This document shows positions 40,188 to 50,164 of a DNA stretch of 64,000 bases, piece by piece (the stretch's first letter is position 1; each line of letters begins with the position of its first letter). The notes beneath the pieces are model-generated. The model saw only the letters and a program-made list of their open reading frames with translations. It was not told the origin of the DNA and made no database searches. Source of the stretch: an uncultured virus (IMG/VR IMGVR_UViG_3300034104_004859) (Duplodnaviria > Heunggongvirae > Uroviricota > Caudoviricetes). A program made the translations under genes and the position numbers. The stretch lies in IMG/VR virus record IMGVR_UViG_3300034104_004859; one strand, written 5' to 3'.

Positions 40188-42443
40188 ATGGCATTAGTAT
40201 TATCGGGTTCAATAGATATAAGTGGTTCAATGACCGCAACAACAATAATAGTATCTGCGCCAGAAGCATCGGGTGTGGTATCATCATCACAACAAATACA
40301 AAACTATTTTACATTCGCTAAGACGGGTTCAGCAAATACTTTTTATGGCAATCAAACAATAACTGGTTCGGTAAGAATAACTAATGGATTAATCATAGGA
40401 GCATCGGGTAGTTTTGCATCATTGGGAAGTTATCCAAATGCATTAACAGTTAACGGAAACACAACTGGAACTTTTGGTGGTGCAATATTTTTAGCAAGAG
40501 GGTCTGCAACACAATGGGGAATTATTTCCAATGATAGTGATGATTTATCAATTACCAACAACAATTCTTTTTCAACTAGAAATATTAAAATTTACGATTC
40601 AGCTGAAAAAATAGAATTTACATATAGTGGTTCTTTGGCAGATAATTCTGCGGGATATCATAATATTGCGTTTACTGGAAATGCAATTGTACCATATCAA
40701 ACAAACCATTATGATTTGGGGTCTGAAACTAATTATTTTAGAGACCTTTATATTTCAACAGGTTCAATTAAATTTATAGATAATGGTAATGTAATAGGAA
40801 TTTTAAGTACAACTGCAGATGGTTTAAATTTTGATTCAAATATAACAATAGGAAGTAGTAGTTTTGAAATTGGCAGACGTGGTACAACGTATAAAAATAC
40901 CAACCTTGTTATGGGATTTGATGTAATGAACGATGATATCGTAACTGGTCAACATAATATTGGTATGGGTTCAGAAGCTGGTGCATCTTTAAATAGCGGT
41001 AACTACAACATTATGTTAGGTTATCAAGCAGGTAGACAAATATCAAATGCGGTAAGTAACGTACTTATTGGACAAGGTGCAGGTAATACATTATTAGCAT
41101 ATAATAGTATAGTACCTAGCTTTAATACATTTGTAGGAGGAAATGCAGGACAATTTATGTGGACAGGTCAAAAGAATGTTGCATTAGGAAATGCTGCATT
41201 ATATGGACAAACCGGCGGAACTAACACATTTCAAAATAATACAGCAATTGGATATGGAACAGCCACTACTATTACAGGAGTATCAACCAATAACATATAC
41301 ATAGGTGCTTATGCAGGTCCGGCATCTAGTTTTACAACTGAAACTTATAAATTTTATGTAAGTAATGGTGACCAGAATCAACAACCATATATGTTTGGTA
41401 ATATGGCGAATGTAAGTAGAAGTTTAGATATTAACGCAAGCTTGAACATATCAGGTTCATTGATTTCTAATGGTGGTATTACTGGTTCTTTAATGGCAAC
41501 GAATGGTGTAGTATCATCATCAAATCAATTAGTAGAGTTAAATACTGCTACGGGTTCTTTAATAGGAATCACAAATGGTTTGATGGATGTAACGGCATCA
41601 CTTAACTTAAAGACTGGTTCATATGCAACCACTGGTTCAAATACATTTAATGGTAATCAAAGTATAACGGGTTCTTTAAGAGTTACTGGTTCATTGAAAG
41701 TTGGTGATTGGCAGCATGGTGAGGGTGTAGGAAATACCGCAAAACTTGATATTAGAACAGCATCTGATAGAGGATTAAAGATAAATGGAGCAAGTTCATC
41801 TGATGTTATTATTACAGCATATAGAGGAGCATCCGATGATATGGTTCGTGGTATGAGATTGGAAGGTAGTGCTATTAACATTTATATTGGAGATGGTAAT
41901 GCAAATACTGGTTCTTCGGTAGCATCATTCAATACAAACGGATTGGGATTTGAGAGTGGCAAAGGTATAGACTTCTCGGCAACATCAAATGGTAGTGGTA
42001 CAATGACTTCCGAAATATTAAATGATTATGAAGAAGGAACATTTACACCAACATATACTGGAACAGATTTAACTGTTGTTAGTTATGGTAATCAATTTGG
42101 ATGGTACACTAAAGTTGGTCGTTTGGTAACTGTTACAATTTGTTTAATGACGGAAGATATTACTGTAGTTGGTTCTCAAAACCTTAAAATAGGCGGACTT
42201 CCATTTACATCAAATTCTACAGCTCAAGCTACAAACGCATTAGTTATAGGAGATTCTTCTAGGTGGAGTACAAACCCGCCAAAATATGGTGTTATCCAAC
42301 CAAACGTAACTGAAATTGTTCTTTATAGAGATTCTGGCGCAACTGGAGCAGGTACTGACCCTGTTAATGTTAAAACAGATGATTTGGCCGATGCAACTGG
42401 TAATAGAAATGTAATGAGAGCTACACTAACATACTTCGTATAA
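40188..42443 (+). CDS. Tail fibre / receptor-binding-like protein
   Basis: TGSNTF.GNQ.ITGS shaft motifs, N...G..AG YadA-head-like repeats, C-terminal DYEEGTFTPT...YTKVGRLVTV...GLPF domain. Confidence 0.75.
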   Translation: MALVLSGSIDISGSMTATTIIVSAPEASGVVSSSQQIQNYFTFAKTGSANTFYGNQTITGSVRITNGLIIGASGSFASLGSYPNALTVNGNTTGTFGGAIFLARGSATQWGIISNDSDDLSITNNNSFSTRNIKIYDSAEKIEFTYSGSLADNSAGYHNIAFTGNAIVPYQTNHYDLGSETNYFRDLYISTGSIKFIDNGNVIGILSTTADGLNFDSNITIGSSSFEIGRRGTTYKNTNLVMGFDVMNDDIVTGQHNIGMGSEAGASLNSGNYNIMLGYQAGRQISNAVSNVLIGQGAGNTLLAYNSIVPSFNTFVGGNAGQFMWTGQKNVALGNAALYGQTGGTNTFQNNTAIGYGTATTITGVSTNNIYIGAYAGPASSFTTETYKFYVSNGDQNQQPYMFGNMANVSRSLDINASLNISGSLISNGGITGSLMATNGVVSSSNQLVELNTATGSLIGITNGLMDVTASLNLKTGSYATTGSNTFNGNQSITGSLRVTGSLKVGDWQHGEGVGNTAKLDIRTASDRGLKINGASSSDVIITAYRGASDDMVRGMRLEGSAINIYIGDGNANTGSSVASFNTNGLGFESGKGIDFSATSNGSGTMTSEILNDYEEGTFTPTYTGTDLTVVSYGNQFGWYTKVGRLVTVTICLMTEDITVVGSQNLKIGGLPFTSNSTAQATNALVIGDSSRWSTNPPKYGVIQPNVTEIVLYRDSGATGAGTDPVNVKTDDLADATGNRNVMRATLTYFV

Positions 42444-42460
42444 ACATAAATTAATATAAA

Positions 42461-42709
42461 ATGGCATTAATAGAAAAACAAATCGTAGACTTAGTAGAAC
42501 TTGTACAATCAAATCACATTCAAGTTCGTACTGCAAATATCATTGAAAAAGATGGTACTGAAATTGCAAGAACATTTCATAGACATGTACTTTCACCTGG
42601 TGATAGTACTGTAAACGAAGACCCAAAAGTTCAAGCTATCGCAAATGCAGTTTGGACAGAAGAAGTGATAGCAGCATATCAAGCATCTTTAGTACAAGAG
42701 AATAACTAA
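42461..42709 (+). CDS. Small fibre-associated/assembly protein
   Basis: IQVR...I.KDG.EI.RTFHRHV..PG...VQAI.NAVWT, directly after the fibre gene. Confidence 0.6.
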   Translation: MALIEKQIVDLVELVQSNHIQVRTANIIEKDGTEIARTFHRHVLSPGDSTVNEDPKVQAIANAVWTEEVIAAYQASLVQENN

Positions 42710-44295
42710 TGAGAGAATACAACGTTATTTTAAAAAAGGATGTAGATTATGATTCTTTTTGGAATGATATTGAAAGTGATACCGATGGTGGTAAACTTTA
42801 CATTCCAAATAGAGCAGTAGAATTTACAAACGAAAGACCCGCATCTCTTCGTCAATGTTGGTATTTGCTGACAGATGAAGAAGCAGAATTACTTAGACAA
42901 GACGATAGAGTTTTGGGAGTAGAGATACCACCAGAGCATAGAGATGATATCGTAATGATTCCCAGTATAACACAAACTGGAAATTTTACAAAGACAACTT
43001 CTGATAGTGGTACATTCCTTAACTGGGGATTGATTCGTTCATCAAACGCAACAAACGTTTATGGTACTGGTACAACTACCGCATTAAATTACGAATATAC
43101 TTTAGATGGTACGGGTGTGGATGTTGTAATTCAAGATAGTGGATTGCAAGTAGACCATCCTGAATTTCAAGATGGGAGTGGTAATACAAGGGTTCAGCAA
43201 ATAGATTGGGGTACATACAGTGGAGGAGCATTTGTACAAGATGCAAATCATTATAGAGATTTTGATGGACATGGTACGCACGTAGCTGGTACTGCCACCG
43301 GTAAAACATATGGTTGGGCAAAGGAAGCAAGAGTATATTCTCAAAAATTAAGTGGACTAGAAGGTAGTGGTGATAGTGGTACTGGTATATCAATATCTTA
43401 CGCATTTGATACAATAAAAGCATGGCACACTTCTAAAGCAGGAGCTAGACCAACGGTGGTTAATATGAGCTGGGGTTATGGAACATTTTATAATACCGTA
43501 ACATCTTTAACTTATAGAGGAACAACTTATTCGGATGGTAGTACAACTGGAAACGCATCATATAGATTTTCAAATTACGGATTGAATTCATCATCCGGTT
43601 CTCCATATGCAACTTATATTGCTAATGTAAGAATTGCTTCGGTGGATACTGATATAGAAGAAATGATTGATGCTGGTATTGTAGTTTGTATAGCAGCTGG
43701 TAATAGAGGAACTAAAATAGATGTGTTCGGAGGATTGGATTATAATAACTATGTAACTACCAACTCTGGAATTAAATATTATCATAGAGGAAGTTCTCCA
43801 TATTCAGATAGAGCATTGATGGTAGGTTCAATTGATAGTACGGTATATGATGTAAACAATGACCAAAAAGCTACATACTCCGAAACAGGACCTGGAGTTA
43901 GTATTTGGGCACCCGGAACAAATATTATGAGTGCATGTTCTAATACAAACGCATTTGGTGCACAATCATATTATTTGAATGCATCATTTAAGCAAGTGAA
44001 TATTAGTGGTACTTCAATGGCTGCACCGCAAGTTGCAGGAGTTGCTGCATTAGCATTACAATTAAATCCAACATATACACCAACGCAAGTTAAATCATCT
44101 TTAGTAGAAAATGCTTCGGATGATATATATACTACTGGAAATACTACTGATTATTCTAACACAAGAAGTTTATTAGGTTCTGGTATAAAAATGTTATATA
44201 GTAGTTTTGTACAAGCACCAATTGTAGGTGGACCTACGGCGTTACTAGTAAAAGGTGGTGGATTGAGAATAACTGCGGATATAAGAATGGTATAA
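42709..44295 (+). CDS. Subtilisin-like S8 serine protease with N-terminal prodomain
   Basis: Catalytic triad motifs VVIQDSG, HGTHVAG, SGTSMAAPQVAG; AAGN oxyanion motif. Confidence 0.93.
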   Translation: MREYNVILKKDVDYDSFWNDIESDTDGGKLYIPNRAVEFTNERPASLRQCWYLLTDEEAELLRQDDRVLGVEIPPEHRDDIVMIPSITQTGNFTKTTSDSGTFLNWGLIRSSNATNVYGTGTTTALNYEYTLDGTGVDVVIQDSGLQVDHPEFQDGSGNTRVQQIDWGTYSGGAFVQDANHYRDFDGHGTHVAGTATGKTYGWAKEARVYSQKLSGLEGSGDSGTGISISYAFDTIKAWHTSKAGARPTVVNMSWGYGTFYNTVTSLTYRGTTYSDGSTTGNASYRFSNYGLNSSSGSPYATYIANVRIASVDTDIEEMIDAGIVVCIAAGNRGTKIDVFGGLDYNNYVTTNSGIKYYHRGSSPYSDRALMVGSIDSTVYDVNNDQKATYSETGPGVSIWAPGTNIMSACSNTNAFGAQSYYLNASFKQVNISGTSMAAPQVAGVAALALQLNPTYTPTQVKSSLVENASDDIYTTGNTTDYSNTRSLLGSGIKMLYSSFVQAPIVGGPTALLVKGGGLRITADIRMV

Positions 44296-44308
44296 AAATG
44301 AAAAAGTT

Positions 44309-45973
44309 ATGGCTAGTGGATATGTTAGTTGGACAACACCTGATGGTAATTCACCTAACCCAGTTTATATAGATGATAGTAATAAGAGTGTAGAATTCTC
44401 CGCAAGGGAAGATGTAGCACCTTATACAATCACTAGGCCAGTAGGTTCGGCAATTTACACATTATCAAATTTAGGAATTATTAATGGCTTTCAATGTTAT
44501 AGATATGCGGTATATGTAACAGCAACTACAACAACTACAACAACTACAACTGAACCTCCTGAAATAACATTAAGTACAACAGGTACTTGCGTTGGTGGGG
44601 CTTTGGAAGGTAGTGGTAGAATTGTAGCAAGTGGCTTTACTGGTGGTACTGGTACTTATTCTACTATACGAATTGGTACATCTATGGAAAACGCATTTGA
44701 TGCAACTCCAATTAATTTAAGTGGAGCTACTTCATACCAATTTGATAATTTAAATAGTGCGGTATGGTTTGTATTAGTAACAGATAGTGCTGGTTATCAG
44801 GGATATGCTAGACAGATTATAAATTGTACAAACACAACAACAACAGCCTCTCCAACATCAACTACAACGGCGGCATCAACTACAACTACAACATCTACAT
44901 CAACTACATCTACATCAACTACAACAACTACGGGAGCGCCTATATCATTTAATCTTGCTTTTGATGCTAGTTCAGGTACAACCGCATGTAGTAATTACCC
45001 TGCAACTAATACGGCTCTTAGATACACATATTATGATGCAACTTTAGGAAATGGAATACAATTATTTACATCCAATACACTAAGTACTGCTATTGCAAAT
45101 GGATATTATTCAAATGGTACGAACTATTGGTTAGCATCAGGTGGTATATTGAATTCGCAAGTATCATGTTCACCCCCATGTGGATTTAATGGAGGAACTG
45201 CGGTATATACGGCACCACCAACTACAACTACTACAACCGCTGCACCAACTACTACAACCGCTGCACCAACTACTACAACAGCTGCACCAACTACTACAAC
45301 AACTTCTGGTGGTGGTGCACCAACAACAACTACTGCAGCACCAACAACTACTACGGCAGCACCAACAACTACAACTGCGGGATATACAACATTTAGTTTA
45401 ACATTTACTAGTACAGGTGATGGTGCACAAGCTTGTAGTGATTATGCAACACCACCAAATAGAAATCCATACTACGCTGCTCCTGGCGCAACATTAGGAA
45501 ATGGAACTGTATTATATACAACATCAGCACTAACAACGCCAGTAGCAAATGGTTATTATTCTGATGGTACAAACTATTGGAATACGGCAGCAAGTGCTGG
45601 TATGTTAGCTAATCAAACATCTTGCTCACCTACTTGTTTTTACGCTACTGTGACATCTAGTGACCCAACATATGGAGCATCTATAAGTGCCACATTATGT
45701 GATGGTACATACTATACGGATAATGGAATGTTCGGAACTCAGACTCTATGTGTTCAAAGTATATCCGTATCTGGTGGTGATTATACTACTGGTGGTGGGT
45801 GTAGTGTGGAAACTACAACTACAACAACGGCAGCTCCAACTACAACAACTGCTGCGCCTGAAATAACTACAACGTTTGGAGGTGGAGGTGTATGGTGTGA
45901 TTGTGGAGGTGGATGTGCTGAAATAGCTGCATTTGAATGTCCTCCGGGATGTACACCTTGTGCGGCGCCATAA
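44309..45973 (+). CDS. Mucin-like Thr-rich modular surface protein with an SprB-like domain and a duplicated Cys domain
   Basis: Poly-Thr and TTTTAAP linkers separating small Cys-containing domains. Confidence 0.75.
   Translation: MASGYVSWTTPDGNSPNPVYIDDSNKSVEFSAREDVAPYTITRPVGSAIYTLSNLGIINGFQCYRYAVYVTATTTTTTTTTEPPEITLSTTGTCVGGALEGSGRIVASGFTGGTGTYSTIRIGTSMENAFDATPINLSGATSYQFDNLNSAVWFVLVTDSAGYQGYARQIINCTNTTTTASPTSTTTAASTTTTTSTSTTSTSTTTTTGAPISFNLAFDASSGTTACSNYPATNTALRYTYYDATLGNGIQLFTSNTLSTAIANGYYSNGTNYWLASGGILNSQVSCSPPCGFNGGTAVYTAPPTTTTTTAAPTTTTAAPTTTTAAPTTTTTSGGGAPTTTTAAPTTTTAAPTTTTAGYTTFSLTFTSTGDGAQACSDYATPPNRNPYYAAPGATLGNGTVLYTTSALTTPVANGYYSDGTNYWNTAASAGMLANQTSCSPTCFYATVTSSDPTYGASISATLCDGTYYTDNGMFGTQTLCVQSISVSGGDYTTGGGCSVETTTTTTAAPTTTTAAPEITTTFGGGGVWCDCGGGCAEIAAFECPPGCTPCAAP
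45221..45379 (+). repeat. 21-bp tandem repeats encoding TTTTAAP
   Basis: actacaac(c/a)gctgcacca-type units. Confidence 0.85.
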
Positions 45974-46001
45974 ATTAATAATACAATATATATAAAATAG
46001 A

Positions 46002-46655
46002 ATGAATGTAACGATAACATATACTTCTTTGGGTGTTGATTCTGGGGTTACCTATAATCTAACAGCTAATGTGGGTTCGGTAGTACCATCAACTGCAACA
46101 AAAACAGAATTGTTAGCTGGTAAGCTGGTGACTGTTGATGATACTGCTACTAGTGTTACAATTACATCTACGGGAGTGTGTACTAACGCAAGTACATTAA
46201 GTATAACAGGCATTCCAACAACAACCACTACAACAACTACAACTACAACTACAACAACAACAACTACAACAACAACTACAACTACTGCAGCACCAACTAC
46301 TACTACGGCAGCACCAACTACTACTACGGCAGCACCAACTACAACTACTGCGGCACCTGAAACAACAACTACTGCGGCACCAACTACAACTACTGCAGCA
46401 CCAACTACAACAACGGCAGGACCAGCATATAACTACTACACACTTACATCATGTACGAGTGGAGAAATTGGAACTGATTATAGAAGTATTTTATCATTAG
46501 GATTGAATGATGTTGTTTCATTCTTGGAGGCCCCACCTGCTAGAGCATGTTATCAAATTACAGATATTAATGCAGCACCAAACACAAATGATTTACCATC
46601 AATATTTGGACCGTATTTATCTGGATGTGCTGACCCAAGCTGCCAACAATTATAA
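46002..46655 (+). CDS. Mucin-like Thr-rich protein
   Basis: 23 consecutive Thr then TTTTAAP repeats between two small domains. Confidence 0.75.
   Translation: MNVTITYTSLGVDSGVTYNLTANVGSVVPSTATKTELLAGKLVTVDDTATSVTITSTGVCTNASTLSITGIPTTTTTTTTTTTTTTTTTTTTTTTAAPTTTTAAPTTTTAAPTTTTAAPETTTTAAPTTTTAAPTTTTAGPAYNYYTLTSCTSGEIGTDYRSILSLGLNDVVSFLEAPPARACYQITDINAAPNTNDLPSIFGPYLSGCADPSCQQL
46218..46418 (+). repeat. (ACN)23 trinucleotide run plus TTTTAAP-encoding repeats
   Basis: 46218-46286 is 23 Thr codons. Confidence 0.9.
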
Positions 46656-46712
46656 GTTTAAATAAAATAATTAAAAATATTAATATAAGATAATTATATA
46701 CAAATAAAGGTT

Positions 46713-47657
46713 ATGAAGAATTTACGTTTCGTATGTGCCCAACCCGCAATTCCATATTACACTTGGCAGGTTGAAGTAATGATACACAATTTTATTGAAA
46801 TGGGCGTTAATCCAAACAATATGGATATAGTTTGTTATGCGGCAAATGGAATAGTACCTACTGATTGGAGAAAGTTAGCAGACAAATACAACTATGTTAG
46901 ATTTTTCTTTTATGATGATACAAGACGAAATAGAGGATATACATCATCCATAAGACCTAATATATTAAAACAACATTGGAAAGCTAGACCTGAAATACAT
47001 GATGATGTAATTTTTTATCATGATTGTGATATTGCTTTCACAAAACCAATTAGTGAATGGATAACGGACGAAATGATTAATGATAATAATTGGTATGGTT
47101 CGGATTGTAGATGGTACATATCTTATTCTTATATAAAATCAAAAGGAGATGATGTATTAAGTGCTATGTGTTCACTAATGGAAATTGATGAAAAGGTTGT
47201 TGAGAATAATGAATTAAATGGAATTGGTGCACAATACATAATGAAAGGTATATCCGAAAAATATTGGGAAACGATAGAAATGGATTGTGAAAAATTATTT
47301 GTTAATATTACAGAGTTAAATAGAATTAAAGTAGAACAAGACCCTACTCATCATTCATTACAAATATGGTGTGCTGATATGTGGGCAGTGTTATGGAATG
47401 CTTGGAAGATGGGGTATAAAACAATATGCCATCCTAATTTAGAATTTAGTTGGGCAACCTCTCCTGAAAATTTATGGAACACATGTAACATATTTCATAA
47501 CGCAGGGGTAACCACTTCAAATGATGGGTTGTTTTATAAAGCCGAATACATGAACAAATTACCATATAACGAAAATCTAAATATTAAAGAAGGAACTACT
47601 TCATATGAATATTGGAAACTAATACAACAAACAGCAAAAAAATCAGTATTAATATGA
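46713..47657 (+). CDS. Putative peptidyl Ser/Thr/Hyp O-glycosyltransferase (HPAT/SERGT, GT95/GT96-like)
   Basis: YYTWQVEVMIHNF, Y...IRP, YHDCDI.F.KPI (DxD), WCADMWA.LW.AW..G. Confidence 0.6.
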   Translation: MKNLRFVCAQPAIPYYTWQVEVMIHNFIEMGVNPNNMDIVCYAANGIVPTDWRKLADKYNYVRFFFYDDTRRNRGYTSSIRPNILKQHWKARPEIHDDVIFYHDCDIAFTKPISEWITDEMINDNNWYGSDCRWYISYSYIKSKGDDVLSAMCSLMEIDEKVVENNELNGIGAQYIMKGISEKYWETIEMDCEKLFVNITELNRIKVEQDPTHHSLQIWCADMWAVLWNAWKMGYKTICHPNLEFSWATSPENLWNTCNIFHNAGVTTSNDGLFYKAEYMNKLPYNENLNIKEGTTSYEYWKLIQQTAKKSVLI

Positions 47658-48616
47658 GTAAATCTTATAGTGTCTTTGTTGAAAATAAATATTATTATGA
47701 CTTCGTAGCATTATATAATAGTTGGAAATATTATGAAAGTAAAATTCCAATTAAAGTTTATATTGCTGGTGATTTAAGTAATGATAGACGAATTGCTTTG
47801 GAGAAAATAGTAAAAGTTATTGATGTAACTAGCGATGGTTATGGATATCCACATTTTAAAGGAAAATATTTATTTAAATGGATTGGATTATCAAAGTATA
47901 TGGAAGATTATGAAATACTATTGGATGCGGATACTATATTTTTATCTAATATTGATTTTCTATTTGATGAATTAGAAAAGGGAAAATTGATAGGAGCTAG
48001 AGAGCATGTAGATGTTATTCACAGTTCATATGTAAATGAGGGTTGGCCTGATGAATGCATGAGAATAAGAAATGAATTGAAAAAATATATAAAAGATGCA
48101 GCAGGTGGATATGTAGAGGATTTGATAACGCCAACTTATAATGCAGGACTTATTGGATTTAGTAAATTACATCATAAATTTTTATTAGATAAATGTATAG
48201 AAATATTAATAAGTGATTTTGATGCTAAAAAAAATCCAATATCGCATTTAGAACAATTTATGATGAGTTTACTTCTACAATTATATTCAGTAGATATGCA
48301 TATTTTACCTCAATTGGAATGGATGAATACATGGAATTGGCATCTTAATCCAAAAAAGATACTAAAAATAGAAGATAGTAAATTTGCATTGTATAATGAG
48401 GGAGGTAATAAAATAAATTTTTATCATTTTACGGGAGGTATTGGTGTAGTTGACCCGATTGATAATTTAGAAAAAACATGCAGAATGCATCAGATATACG
48501 AATCTCAAGTCTACGAATCTCAATTTAAACGAGAAGATGTTGAGAAACTTTGGTATGGGAGATATCAAAATCCAGTAATTTTACTATACGAATACTTTGC
48601 AAATAAAGGTTTATAA
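47654..48616 (+). CDS. GT8-like glycosyltransferase
   Basis: LLDADTIF, YNAGL, EQ..M, FYHFTG; ATGA overlap with the upstream stop. Confidence 0.7.
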   Translation: MSKSYSVFVENKYYYDFVALYNSWKYYESKIPIKVYIAGDLSNDRRIALEKIVKVIDVTSDGYGYPHFKGKYLFKWIGLSKYMEDYEILLDADTIFLSNIDFLFDELEKGKLIGAREHVDVIHSSYVNEGWPDECMRIRNELKKYIKDAAGGYVEDLITPTYNAGLIGFSKLHHKFLLDKCIEILISDFDAKKNPISHLEQFMMSLLLQLYSVDMHILPQLEWMNTWNWHLNPKKILKIEDSKFALYNEGGNKINFYHFTGGIGVVDPIDNLEKTCRMHQIYESQVYESQFKREDVEKLWYGRYQNPVILLYEYFANKGL

Positions 48617-48627
48617 AACAAAAACAT

Positions 48628-49656
48628 ATGACAATAAAAGAACAATTTCAAACTTACAAAATTCATCAATTACAATTAGACCCATATGGTGTATGTAATG
48701 CTAGATGCTGGTTCTGTCCAGTAAAATATAAAGGAAACCCAGCTGAAGGTAAAGAAGTGATGAGTGTTGAATTATTAGAAAAAATAATTAAAAATCTTAT
48801 TGATGAAAGGGATAGAGACGATGGTTTAGTACATAAACATTTCGGAGGATTTTATACAGCACATTATAACGAAATTCTTTTATATCCACACTTTGAACAA
48901 TTATTACAAATCTGCCAAAAGTATAGATTATGTTTTATGGTATTATCTAATGGAGTTCCTTTGACTCCTGAAAAGGTTGATTTGATTGTAAAATATAAAG
49001 GAGTGGTGAATGGCATATGTTTAAATATACCAGCATTTGAACCTGAAGTTTGGAGTTTGAGAAGTGGTATAAACATAAAGCAATTTGATAAACTAATATC
49101 TAATGTAAAATATGCTATGGAACAACTACCTGATATGGTACAAAACAAATCATTCTCAATTCAAATAAATGGTTCTAGTGAACATTCTTTTAGTGATAAA
49201 GGTGGTTGGTTAGATAAGGGTATTGAATTTCCAACTGATATAGATTTGGACCCAATTACTGGTGAGTTAGCTAAGCAAACCCAAATAGCTAAAAATTTAT
49301 TTGAAGGTTTGCAAATATATCCATGTGCATCTTTAATTGATAGAGCTGGATTGTTAGACCACATAATGACTAATAAAGAAGCAATAAAAAGAAACTTACA
49401 GCATGGAGATGAAACTAAAAAAGTTATTGGATGTGGTAATGGTAGAGAAGTAGGTGGTAGACCTGTTGGTTGGATTCATGTAAACGCAGCCGGTAAAGTA
49501 TTTTTATGTTGTAATGATTATGATATGGAAGTTCAGTTTGGAGATTTCAAAACGCAAGAATTAAGTGAATTCTGGGGAAGTACAGAACACCAACGAAAAG
49601 TACAAAAATCATACGATACCATATGTAAAGGATGTGCTTCAGCCATTTTTGAATAA
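48628..49656 (+). CDS. Radical SAM protein with SPASM/twitch domain
   Basis: CNARCWFC; C-terminal C...G.VFLCC.D...FG......W...C..C. Confidence 0.9.
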   Translation: MTIKEQFQTYKIHQLQLDPYGVCNARCWFCPVKYKGNPAEGKEVMSVELLEKIIKNLIDERDRDDGLVHKHFGGFYTAHYNEILLYPHFEQLLQICQKYRLCFMVLSNGVPLTPEKVDLIVKYKGVVNGICLNIPAFEPEVWSLRSGINIKQFDKLISNVKYAMEQLPDMVQNKSFSIQINGSSEHSFSDKGGWLDKGIEFPTDIDLDPITGELAKQTQIAKNLFEGLQIYPCASLIDRAGLLDHIMTNKEAIKRNLQHGDETKKVIGCGNGREVGGRPVGWIHVNAAGKVFLCCNDYDMEVQFGDFKTQELSEFWGSTEHQRKVQKSYDTICKGCASAIFE

Positions 49657-49667
49657 TTAAAAAAATA

Positions 49668-49676
49668 ATACTTATA
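49668..49676 (+). promoter_or_regulatory. ATAYTTATA motif
   Basis: ATACTTATA, 12 nt before the cysC start. Confidence 0.4.
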
Positions 49677-49688
49677 AAAAACTAAGTT

Positions 49689-50159
49689 ATGATATATTGG
49701 TTTACGGGACAACCCGGTGCAGGTAAGACGGTATTAGGTACTAAGTTAAAAGACTTTTTACAAACCGAAAAGAGAAATTGGAGAAAGGATGTATTCCATA
49801 TTGACGGAGATGATTTAAGAGAATTAACTCTCAACAAAGATTACACAGAACAAGGTAGAATTCAAAATATAAAGAACGCCCAATTATTAGCATATTTTTT
49901 ACAAGCTAATGAGTGTGATGTAGTTGTTTCTTTAGTTGCACCATATAAAGAATTAAGAGAGGAATTTAAAAAAATATGTGCCGATAGCATAATTGAAATT
50001 TATGTTCACACTAATCGTAAAAGACAAAGAGAACAATTTAAAGTAGAGGGATATGAAGCACCTGAAACTAATTTCTTTGATATGGATACGACATCGGATA
50101 ATCCAACACAATCTTTTACAAAATTAATACATCACTTAAGAGAAATAGATAAATTATAA
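49689..50159 (+). CDS. cysC: Adenylyl-sulfate (APS) kinase
   Basis: WFTGQPGAGKT, IDGDDLR, R..NI, VSLVAPY...R, YEAP. Confidence 0.85.
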   Translation: MIYWFTGQPGAGKTVLGTKLKDFLQTEKRNWRKDVFHIDGDDLRELTLNKDYTEQGRIQNIKNAQLLAYFLQANECDVVVSLVAPYKELREEFKKICADSIIEIYVHTNRKRQREQFKVEGYEAPETNFFDMDTTSDNPTQSFTKLIHHLREIDKL

Positions 50160-50164
50160 ATGTT

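Noticed and set aside
38340..42443. Diversity-generating retroelement or invertase-driven fibre switching
   Set aside because: No reverse transcriptase or recombinase in the window, and the shared modules are not adenine-specific TR/VR pairs
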